64,000 nucleotides of DNA from Cycas panzhihuaensis. Its lineage: Eukaryota; Plantae; Cycadophyta. The notes beneath the pieces were generated by a model, which was not told the DNA's origin, did no database searches, and was given only the letters and a program-made list of their open reading frames with translations. The stretch covers positions 4,278,001 to 4,342,000 of the forward strand of contig CM041465.1 of assembly GCA_023213395.1 (NCBI GenBank), read 5' to 3'. Shown piece by piece: positions 43,017 through 54,412 of the stretch (position 1 is the first letter of the stretch; each line of letters begins with the position of its first letter). The translations under genes were made by a program, and so were the position numbers.

Positions 43017-43618
43017 GATAGTTTATACTCATTTCAGAGTATAAAGGGGTCTTAAAGGAGAAAAATCATTAGGAATGATGAAGGAAATAAAATAAATAAA
43101 AAGATAAAAGGGAGTATATGGAAAAGATTAATAGTTCTATTCTCATAAACATAAAACCATTTGAAAGAAAATAATAATAGGTTTATAAAAATAGAAGACA
43201 GAATAATATAAGTCCCTCTAAAAAGAAAAAACTTAGATAATTCACATCATACTCTAGATAGATTATATGAACATAGACCAAAATCCATATTTATATAATA
43301 TATCTTAATAAAAACATATTATTTATAGAATTAAAAACTAATTCCACTCAATAAACAACTAGTTCCTTGAGTATACAGATTCCTCGTTAGTTGCTCCTAG
43401 GAATAAGAAGCTTTAGGGACATGCCCCCTACCAAGATCCTCCTTGGCCCATGATTCTCACGTGGCTCTATCTTTCCTAACACTTCATTTCCCTTTAAAAC
43501 TATCATCTTATCTTACACATTATTCAAACTTTTATCCTCAAAACTCATAGTTTATACTATTTATGGAGTGGTAATTTATACCTATTCCAGAGTGGTAATT
43601 TATGCTCATTTTAGAGTG
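43017..43618 (+). repeat. Same motif family: single copy at 43017 and three tandem 24-nt copies at 43546-43618
   Basis: gatagtttatactcatttcagagt; catagtttatactatttatggagtg / gtaatttatacctattccagagtg / gtaatttatgctcattttagagtg. Confidence 0.7.
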
Positions 43619-43669
43619 GGGTACCCCTAGTAAAAGATTAGAGTTAGCTGAAATAATCATCTAAGATAA

Positions 43670-44048
43670 AAGCAACTAGAGCATCAACTTCAATATTAAA
43701 AAATTGAGAAACAAAATAAATAGTAACTGAAGAGAATAGAGACATCAATGATGAAATCTAATGGTGAAGGGAAAGGAGCCATGGAGAATGAATTTGATAT
43801 ATCCCTACTAACTTGTAAACCACAATCTAAGAGTTAGAATAAATGATAATAGGTCCATGTGAAGATCAACAAATATTAGATAATGTTCCCATAATAATAG
43901 AATATTTAGCTTCATTATTAGTTGCTCTAAATAGAAATAGACCAGCAAATAAGAAGGGATTTCCTAATTGGTTATAAATCACCCAAGCAATAGTAGATAG
44001 TCCTAGGTTACCTTTACTACTTCCATTAATGAAAATACTTAATACCAT
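43670..44048 (-). pseudogene. Archaeal-type RNase H (aRH) domain of element E
   Basis: IFINGSSKGNLG..ATNNEAKYSIIMG..IIIYSNS*IVVYKLVGIYQI..FSSVTIYFVSQFFNIEVDALV parallels FDGASKGNPG..TNN.AEY..GDS.LVV.Q..G.Y....V.R..N..ADALA. Confidence 0.85.
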
Positions 44049-45034
44049 GGGAAGATAAGACTAGTATTTAGAGATAGTGTGATTGATGAAGGAAGATATA
44101 AGAATCAATTAATAAGGAGATGGTATTAAATAAGAAAAAGTTAGTTTTGACTATAAGGAAGAAAAGGAAAAATCATAATTGGGATAAGATAATCAACTAA
44201 AATAAAAAATATCAAGTAAGATTTGATCATAGTTGAGGACATGATGAACCTAAATAGCTAGACCTAAACATCCTAAATGACTTATCTAAATGAACCCAAC
44301 CTATTACATATATAGGTGGGGATGAAGCCATCATGCAACTTGCCCTAGATTATAATAGGATGATAATAATACTTTTCTATTTTTTTATTGATTATTTTTT
44401 TGCTTTTTACTTCTTTTTCTTTTTCGCTTTTTTTTTCCCATTTTCTTAAATTTTACTTCTCTTTATTTTTTTTAATACATTTAGAAGAAAAAGTTTATAA
44501 CCATCCAATTATAAAGTACTTTTCCTCAATGTAGTAAGGATTTATCCTTTCTAATGAAACCAAGATAGAATAATAAGACCAAACTCCATAAATATTAAAC
44601 CATAGGAGAAAGAGAAGATTTAAATCATAGTGTCTCCAAACATAATGTGAAGGCAACAGAATAAGTATACACCTCAAAAGTGTAAATAGAGAAAATTGAG
44701 AATAACAAAAAGAAAGAAAATTAGGTGATAGATGACCAAGAAGGAATCCCCAAAGTAAAAGACTAGTAAATAAGGGTATAACTTGGGTAACTAATAAAGT
44801 AATTGAAGCTAACAAATAAATCTCTTCTCAAAGATGTGGATAAAACTAAGGGCCTAAGTTCTCTCTTGAGTACAGGGCTCAAGAAATAAAATATTGGTTA
44901 CCTTAAAGAAAGAGCACTCACAATTAATATGTATTCTAGAAGGAGCAGTAAGCTTATATGATTATGAAGAGGATCACTTCATGAAAGAGAGGTAATTTGA
45001 AAGAAAATGAAGAATGACTAAGAAAGAGAATTCC

Positions 45035-45170
45035 CATAGTTTTAGCTCATTAGGCAAGAGAAGAGTTTGGAGCCATAGTTTATCCTTATTACAGAGACTA
45101 AAGTCTACCATAATTTATACTCTTTAGCAAATAATTTTCTTAAAGTTATAGTTTATACTCATTACAGAGT
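45035..45170 (+). repeat. Same motif family, four copies between the protease and aRH regions
   Basis: Copies at 45035, 45074, 45109 and 45147 (the last is tatagtttatactcattacagagt). Confidence 0.65.
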
Positions 45171-45699
45171 CAAGTATTGGTTGGAATTATGATGGGGCAA
45201 AGGTCATCTAGAGGAATAAGAACTCTATCTCAATCAAAAAAATCTTCAACAAAGTAAGGCAGATCAAAGCTTATTGTATGAGTAGGAAATTGGTTATTAA
45301 CGTATAAAGGAAAAAGTAATCAAAGTGGGTGCTTCAGAATGGTAGAGGGGGGCACAACATAATACAATGGATTAATGTTATCACCATCCTAAGTAAAACC
45401 AAAAGGTAATTACTTGAAGGAACCCTTGGACTAACTATTCTCCTCAGGGATAGAGTCTAATAAAGGTCTTAGTCTACTAGTTATCCTTGAACTAATAAAA
45501 GAAGACCTTCCCAATGACATCAATTCCCTTCTTGAAAGGGAAAAGGAATTGACTAATTAAGGATGAATCCCTTAAGGCTAAAAAGGATGTCAAGCTTTAT
45601 AGAAAAATGGGAGATGACCTAATTCAAAACAGTTCTAATCTCATAAGCATATTATAGAAAATGTTTATGAGTTAGGGATGGGCTATATAGAATGAACTC

Positions 45700-47600
45700 A
45701 TGACAATGATTGGAGTGAATTGAAGGAATATCTAATAAACATTTTGGTGAGCATATAATAGAAGGTAAGACAAACACTTGTGAAATCATATCCAATGCTT
45801 ATTGTAGAATAAGTGAAATAAACATGAATATAATACATGTGTCAACTTTAACCAAGATAAGGAAAATATCATGTAAATTAAGTCTAATCCCTAAGGACAC
45901 ATATAGGGTATATCAATTAATAATAGAAATAAACACATTAATCTCATCATCTTGGGGTTGAAATTCTTCCTTAAATAACTTAGGTATAGTACTTCCTAAA
46001 AGATAACTCTCCCAATTTAATAAGTTAAGGTCATTAAAGTATAACCCTTGAGGTATTTGAAAGTTGGAATTAGTGGAACACTCAATAAGGAGTTTAGGAA
46101 TCTTATTAAGGTAAGTGTCAAGATCATGATCATAAGAAAGCTCAATGAGCTAGCTCAAAGAAAGATAAAAAGTCTCAATAGCTAACTCTTCATTAAGGAT
46201 GGAAGATAAATAAATAAGAAGTCTTAAGACCTCACCACTATCAAAGGAATGAGATCCCTCATCCTCACGATGAGAGTCTATTTTAGGGAAAGAGTAGTCT
46301 AGAAAGGACTCACCACTTGACTTATAGAGAGATATAAAAGAATATATGGTGTCATCAATAGGGAAATTACAAATAGAACTGGTTATAATTGATGGCCCTT
46401 CATCCTAGTGCAATGTAAAGGGAGTGGTGGAAGACATTAATTGGGCAACTACCTCTATAAGACACAAATTGGATTTGCATTCCTTTAATAGAACTAGGCT
46501 TGAGTATATGATTATACTAATCATTTCATAACTAGTGTTAAGAGGCTCTACCTGGTAAGAAACTAGTGAAGGCAAAATTATATGTTGATGGGGTCTGTTA
46601 GATAATATAATAACAATGGTTTAGAGGCTAAAATTTTGGTAGGTTGGCAGTGCAGTTTCCCCCCCCAAACCTTCCTCGGGGGGTTCTAAGGGGGGTAGGA
46701 ACCCCCCTTGGCTAGGGGGATGCGAGAGCCCCTTGACCAAAAAATCTGGCATTGAAAAGTATATTAAATTGTAAAGAGAATTAGGGTCATTCGCTCAAAA
46801 TACCCTAGATTCTATGGTCGAGATTTGTGCCTTGTATGACTCTCTCATATAGCCTGATTTAGGGCATTTTTCATTACGTTGATGGTGTTTGATGTATTAT
46901 ATGTATTGTGAGGAGTTGGGCAGATAGTTGTTGTTGCTGTGAGCACTCTGTTACAAATTGTGTACATTTCTCTATTCTTGATGATAAAGGTCAATACCTT
47001 TCCTATGTGGATGTTTCCCTAGCATACTATTAGGGTCTTGCCACATTATATCACGTGTATATGTGATGCTTGGCTTTCTTATTCATTTTATTATATTATC
47101 TCTGGTTGAAGAACTTGCATGTTAAATTTTAATTTCGATTCCTATAACTAGTTGCAAAAATAGTTTAAATCTTGGTAGCGGTTTCAGGTTATTAGGACCT
47201 TGTCTTCTTAATAGGTTCATTGGATAATAGATTAATAGATTTGATTAAGCTAGTCTTCAAAAATTTAAGGATTATACAATGCATCAAGATCTAAGTAATA
47301 TTTCTCAAAATCTCTTATAGATTCATTATCCATTAGTATAATCATAAAAAAGGCCTTTTCTTCCACTGAAAAAGGACAAGTGATGTCAAATTCACTTATA
47401 AATACTTCCATCAATTATTGAAATAAGAAAATTAAATTATGAGGTAATTGATGGAACCACATGAGTGCACTACCTTACAATATTCTTGAGAAAAGTCTCA
47501 TCAATAAAAGGTTATTTCTCAATGTGCCTTGAAGGATCTTATCTTAATATCCCCCTAAATATACGTAATATAAGAATGCACAAGGGAAGGCTATAAAGGA
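45700..47600 (-). pseudogene. Element E gag and protease remnants, interrupted by solo LTR S2
   Basis: ~47380-47520: LLMRLFSRIL*GSALMWFHQLPHNLIFLFQ*LMEVFISEF (Tat/Ogre-type retrotrans-gag). ~45810-45860: LVKVDTCIIFMFIS (aspartic protease DTG-like). Confidence 0.7.
46596..47213. mobile_element. Solo LTR S2 (618 bp), same family as S1
   Basis: Starts TGTTAGATA, ends ..ttaata. TSD gggtc/ggttc. Shares blocks with 30909-31551 (aaattgtaaag..ctagat, caCCTTTCCTATGTRGATRTTTCCCTA, gttgcaaaa). Confidence 0.8.
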
Positions 47601-49904
47601 AAACCTCATGTAGAAAAAGACTCTTTTTATAGATAAGATTATTTATAAGTGATGTACCTGTATGAGAAGAGGATGGTCTCAATGACCTTGTAAGTTGAGA
47701 ATGGGGTGTAATCTCCATTTCTTAAAATAAAAAACAAAAGGTAATTCCCTAGTATAGTTGCTAAAAAGATTGTATTCTTCAGTTGGGCCTAGACTAAGTA
47801 TCCCCTAATGGCGATATGTTTCCTTTATTTCAAGTCTAGATCAAGGGATGAAAAAGCCTATGGGAACCTAAGGACCATCTTTTCCAACTCTTAAGAAGGA
47901 GTCTCTACCTTCTTGTGTCATTTGATTTGGATATTCATGTAATAACGAAAGGCTAGGATGCAAGGGAGGTACTAGAATCTACTAGGCTACATAACCAAGT
48001 AAAGGAGTTCCAAGTCTAAAATTACACTAATAATGTCTTTTGTGTCCTTCCTAGGGACTCCTTTACTTTTATTCTTTTGACTTTTTGGGTCTACTAAAAT
48101 AAAGGAAAGAGTAAAGTAATGGAATTCTTTTCTAGTTTTTTTTTTTTAATGGAAGCACAAAAAATAATAATGAGATGGCAAGATCTAACTACCTTATTTT
48201 CAAAATCAACTAAGAAAACAAATCACACATACTACTTTTTTTTTTTTTTTTTTTGAAACAAAAAACACCAAGATGAAAGAAATACTATCTTCTAGATATG
48301 CAAAACATATTTCTTTTCAAAAACCACAAAAAACATTAGTATGAAATGTAAATATTATGATATGCAATTCTATATACAACTTGATGAAAGCCAAAAATAA
48401 CATGCAATGTTTATAGGAAGATTTTCATTTTCATGTATATGTTATTTTCATTATTAAGAATGATTCAAATAGAAATGAGAGATTTTAGATGTGATTTCTT
48501 TTCAGTACTAAGAATGATATATAGGCCACAAAAGTCATATGCAATCAGCCATAATTGACATTCTTACAAGCAAATAATAGACTAGAATTATAAAGAGAAT
48601 CTATCACTCATGGAGTTTTTAAACACCATGGGATCCTTGAACCTCATATAAATTAATTGTTGTAACAATATATCATTCAAGTACACAAGTTCCTTCCTTA
48701 AATTGAGAGAAGATGAAGAAGATAAAATCAAGGAACACAACACTTAATAATTTTAGAAATCTTAAATCTAGTGATAAATTCTTGCCTCAAAATAACTATC
48801 TCCCTTCAAAATGATCAATCTTTCTCATTTTTTTCCTTAAAACAAGCATGAAAGAGGAAGAAAATTGAGAAGAACGAGTTCAATCAATAACCAAGAAAGA
48901 AGAAAAAAGTAAAACTGGATCTCTTGGGAAGCTTTGGCAGTTGAGAAGAATAGGAGAGAGTATCTATGTTTTATGGTGAAGAGATGGATCTTTCTTTACT
49001 ATAGACCATCCATTTCTTTCCCACAAAGGGCTAACCTTTCAACCAAGGCTTCCCAAGGACAAAACATGAATGAAGGTGTTTTAGTAGTCAAAAGGAGGAG
49101 AGTGGCAAATCTAGTCATAAGAAATCATTTAAAAAGTACTGAATCAAAGGGAAACTAGGGTTAAAAAAACCTTACCAAAGATATGAAGTCTAAAACAGAA
49201 AGTTCCAATAAACTAAGTACCTTAGGAAGCAGCAACAAGTCAAATTTGATAGCAATTAATTAGCAAATAGAGTTCTAGATCTCTTCTCTTGATTTTATTT
49301 CTCTATTCTTCAAGATAGACCTTAAAATTTCTAAGCAAAATCTCTCAATTACTCAAGAATCTCTCTAAAAAAATCCTAGCATCAAGCTTGTAACGTACCA
49401 ATGAAATCATCACCCTAGGGTTCTTTAGGGTCCTGGGCATGAATGGAGTTAGTTTACACTAAATCTAGGTGGCAACATACAAAATTAATGCATTGATTAA
49501 AATGAGAGTATGATAGGATACCACTCCTTAATGATAATTGCACACCAATATAATAAGCAAATAACTCCAAAAGAGCACTTATATTGCAATACCCTTTGAG
49601 GGGGCAACCTCCCAATTACATGCAAATAACAATGATATTCAAGATATCCTACTCTAAGGATTACACAAATATATATATGTCTCTATGCTTACTACTCAAC
49701 CGCCTCCTTATGCATGTGGGATATTACATGAATATATATAGTGCTCAATGACCACTACACAACCTTCTACTTATGCATGTGGGATATTAAGAAAAGGGAA
49801 GAAGTAGAAGAAATAAAGATATAAGAGAGAGAAGAAGTACAAGATATAAGAGAATATAAGAGAAGGTAAGTTAGGGGTTGGATCCCTAACAAAGTCCCCC
49901 CCTT

Positions 49905-52900
49905 AAAAAAGCTTTGCCCTCAAAGCTTGGTGATCTCAGGGTGCTCTAGGACAAATTGTTCATTCTCCTAGGTTGCATCTTCTCGCGGAAGTTGTTTCCA
50001 TTTGATGAGATACTCAATGATTTGTCTGGATCATAGATGTCGAATTCTTCGGTCAATGATACATTCTGGAATGAGTTGAAGTTGCCCCTCCTCGTTTAAT
50101 ATAGGTAATTCTGTTTGAACTTGTACTTGTTGCCTAATTACCTTCTTGAGACATGAAACATGAAAGACATTATGGATCCTTAATAGTGGTGGTAAGTCCA
50201 AGGCATATGCAACTTCACCAATCTTCTTAATAATTTTGTAAGGCCCATAAAATCGAGGTTGTAACTTATGTTTCCCATTCCGTTTGAGAGATTCCTGCTT
50301 ATACGGTTGCAATCGTAAGTATACCCAATCACCTGGTTGAAATGCTCGTTCACTTCGCCCTTTATCTGCCTGTTGTTTCATCCGATTTCGTGCAAGGTTC
50401 AAATTTTCCTTGAGTAACTTAAGAATATGTGTTATTTGTTGGATGTGGTCTTATTTGCTTGAACCTTAGAACGATTATGGCATAGTTTTTAAGTGTGGGT
50501 GGTTCATAGCCATATAATGCTTGGAGCAGTCATTCCTATTGATGCATGATAGGTTGTATTATACCACCATTACGCTAAAGGAAGCCAATGATGCCATCGC
50601 CTCGCTTATCTCGAGCATAACCAAGGTATCCTTCAAGGCACTTATTAACCACCTCGGTTTATCCATACATTTGTGGATGGTAGGTCGAGCTCATTGTCGA
50701 TTTAGTACCAAGTAGATGGAAGAGTTACTACAGAAGTTCTTGGTAAACTTGGGATCCCGATCACGACTATACATTTGGGCATCCGTGCAACTGTGTATAT
50801 CCTTTTAAAAGACCTCAGCAATTTGCTTTGCCTTATATGTGGCCTGAATGCCACAGAAATGAGCATATTTAGTTAGCCTATCAACAACCACCAGTATAGC
50901 ATCTTTTCCTTCTGACTTGGGCAGACCCACGATGAAGTCCATAGAAATTTCTTCCCATCGTTGATTTGGTATGGGAAGGGGTTGCGCAATCACGGAGACT
51001 TGATTGTTTACATCTTATGTCGTTGACAAACTTCACATGAGGAAACATATCTCTTTGCATCTCCTTTTGTCCCTTCAAAGAAAGACTGTTTTAAGCGGTG
51101 GTATGTTCGTAGGAACCCCGAGTGACCTATTGGAGGCATGTGCATCATGTAAAATTTGCTCCTTAAGGCTAGAGTGAGGGCATATATATATTTGATTCTT
51201 ATACCAGAGAATATTTGAAGACCATGTATAATGGGTTGAATGCCCTACTCCAGCTTGAAGGTCTTGAATGATCTGCTTTGTAAAGGAGTCCTCATCCCAT
51301 TCTTGCTTGGCGACTGTTATCCAAGAGGGATTGACTGTTGTGATAGAATATAGTGCAGAGTCTTCTTCCTTACGAGATAAAGCATCAGCAGCTATATTAT
51401 CCTTGCCTTTTTTATATATTATTTCAAAGTCAAAAGCTTGCATTTTGGTGACCCATTTTTGTTGTTCCTCAGATGATGTCCTTTGAGATAGGAAATATTT
51501 CAAGCTATCATGGTTTGTTTTAATTTGGAAATGTGTTCCCAATAAATATTGTCGCCATTTCCTAACTGCATGAAGAATTGCTAACATCTCCTTCTCATAG
51601 GTGGACTTGACTTGTTCCTTGAGTGTAAGTCGACGTTCAAAAGCCAAAGGTTTTCCTTCGTCCATTAAGATTGCTCAATGCCTTGCCCGATGCATCACAT
51701 TCAATGGTGAAGGTCTTTGTAAAGTCCGTGTTGCAAGGCCGGTGTGGTAGTTAAAGCCGACTTTAGGTGTTCAAATGCTTGAGGCCTTATCATTCCAATG
51801 AAAAGAATCCTTTTTTAACAAATTGATTAAAGGGGAAGCAATCCTTGCATAACCTTGAACAAACTTTCGATAATATCCTGTGATTCCTAAGAATCCACGA
51901 AGGCCCTTGATGTTTTTAGGTTTAGGCCAATTTGCAATAACTGCTATTTTCTTAGGATTCACCTTGACTCCTTCTTGAGAGATGATATGGCCCAAATATT
52001 CTATTTCAGTTTGCCCAAATTGACATTTTGATCTTTTTGCATAAAGCTGGTTGTCTGCAAGCACCTGTAATGCCTTATCAACATGCTGAAGATGGTCTTC
52101 CCACGTACGACTGAAGATCAAAATGTCATCAAAAAAGACTAATATGAACTTCCTTAAGTAAGGTCGAAAGAGTTTATTCATGAGTCCTTGAAAGGTGGAT
52201 GGAGCATTAGTCAAGCCAAATGGCATGACTAAAAATTCATAGTGACCTTCATGTGTACGAAATGCGCTTTTATGAACATCCTCTGCTTTGATCACGATTT
52301 GATGGTATCGTAGTAAGTCCAATGATGTGAAGAACATTGCTCCATGGAGTTCATCCAAGAGTTCATCAATGACTGGTATAGGAAATTTATCCTTGATGGT
52401 TATCTTATTAAGCTCACGGTAGTCTACACACATGCGAAATGAGCCATCCTTTTTTCTTACTAAAATCACTGGAGCAGAAAAAGTGCTTTTACTTTCCCTA
52501 ATAATACCAAAGATTAAGGAGTTCTTGAACTAGTCGTTCAATTTCATTCTTTTCTTTGGTAGGGATCTGGTATGGTCGAATACAAGGAGGATTACTTCCA
52601 ACTACCAAGTCAATGCTATGATCTTGGTCACGTACTGGGGGAAGACCTTGAGGAATATCTTGAAAGACGCGATTATTGCGGTGAAGTACCAATCTTAAGT
52701 CATTTGGTATACCATCATCTTGTAGAATGTCCCTTACATTGGAAGTTCTTGACCTTCTAGAGCATAACATTTGGCAATGATTCTGTACCACCCTTTTAAT
52801 AAGCCTCTCTATACGGTGTGGTGATGATTTGGGTCGGTGGAGGAATGATCCCATTCAATTGATAGTCAATTCCTTGAGTAAATCGGATCAAGAGCTCTTG

Positions 52901-54240
52901 CATATTTAGTTGAATGGTCCCTAGTGGTTTGAGCCATTGTACCCCTAATACAACATCAACTCCTCCAACAGGAATGGCATACATAGAAGTGGAGAGGTGA
53001 TAGTCACCCATTTGCAACTTGATATTGTGACATTTTCCCCCACAAGCGAGTGTCCCTCCATTAGCCACCATAACCTGAAAATTTTTGACAGGATATGGAA
53101 AACAGTTGAGTTCTTCAGCAAGTTTTCAATTAATGAAATTATGGGTGCTCCCAGAATCTATGAGGACAACCACCTTCCTTTTCTTAATGTACCCAATAAG
53201 TTTGAGTGTCTGAGGGGCTGCAATTCCAGCTAGGGCATGCACAGATATAGTAGCAATATCTTCTTCTTCCTCCTCGTGGGTCACAATCATTATTTTACGC
53301 TCTAATGAGGCTTCTTCTACTGGTTCCTCATCTTGAACATCCTCAATTATAAATAAGCGTCGTTCAGGACACTTATGGTCTTTATTCCACTTTTGGTTAC
53401 AACGAAAACATAACCCTTTCAATTGTTTCTCATCCATCTCTTGGGAAGTCATTCGTCGTACACCAGGAACCTGAAATTGTGGTCGCTTTTCTGGAAATGT
53501 TCTTTGGGGGGGTCGGGATGCCTTATTTTTTGCTTCAATGTGTCGAGCAAAATTAATAGTTGTAGAGATGTTATCAGGTTTTAAGAGTCGCAACTCATGT
53601 CTGATGTCATCTCGTAACCCACCAATGTATAGCTCAAGTAATTTATCCTGACAAAGACCGTCAACCCTTGTGGAGAGACGTTGGTATTCTGCTATATAAG
53701 CTGAAACAGTCCCCTCCTATCTAACTTTAGCTAACTGGTTAAAGTGGTCTTGATCCGAATCTTGTCATCATATTGAGCTATAAGATCCTTGACAAAACCC
53801 TCCCATTGATAACTAAGCCCACCAATTGTTTTCATGACCCAGTGGTACCATTGGTAGGGTTCAGTTTCCATGTGTAAAGAAGCAAGAGGGATCTTCTTAT
53901 CTGCTGGAACTTGATGAAAAGAAAAGTATTGTTCCATTTGAGTGATCCACGTGTGTACATCTGTGCCATTGAACTTCTTGATTTCTACCTTAGGTAGGAA
54001 GTTTGGACGAAAGCGCCTACCATCATTACCTTCATCTTCTTTAGCGAAGTGTCCCCCACCTATGTGAGTAGTATCATCAAGATCACTCTTTTCTTCCTTA
54101 AGAGGTTTCATGGATGTGAGCTCTAGCATTCGCTTCAAATTTTCATTGAAGTCATTCTGGATTTGTAATATATCTTCTCGAAGTTGTGAAACAGCATCAT
54201 TGAGATCTTGGGTCCAACTTGGGTTCATCTTAGGGGCCAT
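49905..54240 (-). pseudogene. Element F gag-pol: gag, PR, RT, RNase H, INT, chromodomain; broken by many small frameshifts
   Basis: [107 protein letters not shown]. Confidence 0.95.
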
Positions 54241-54327
54241 TAGTCCACAAGACCTAAGTTGGAAACTTGGTTGGTAAATGTGTTGAAAAGGATTTGAGGG
54301 GTGTCTATAGTATTATCCCCAATATGG

Positions 54328-54412
54328 ATTTTTTTTTTTTTTTTTTGCTTTTGCTTTTTGCTTTTTACTTTTTACTTTTGCTTTTGCTTTTGCTTTTTGC
54401 TTTTTGCTTTTT
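54328..54412. repeat. Poly(T) and (TTTTGC)n-like microsatellite in the 5' leader of F
   Basis: T-run followed by repeated ttttgc/tttttgc/tttttac units. Confidence 0.9.

Noticed and set aside
39903-45170. CRISPR-like reading of the motif clusters (repeat plus variable spacer)
   Set aside because: Eukaryotic retroelement context, degenerate repeats, irregular spacing and no cas genes.
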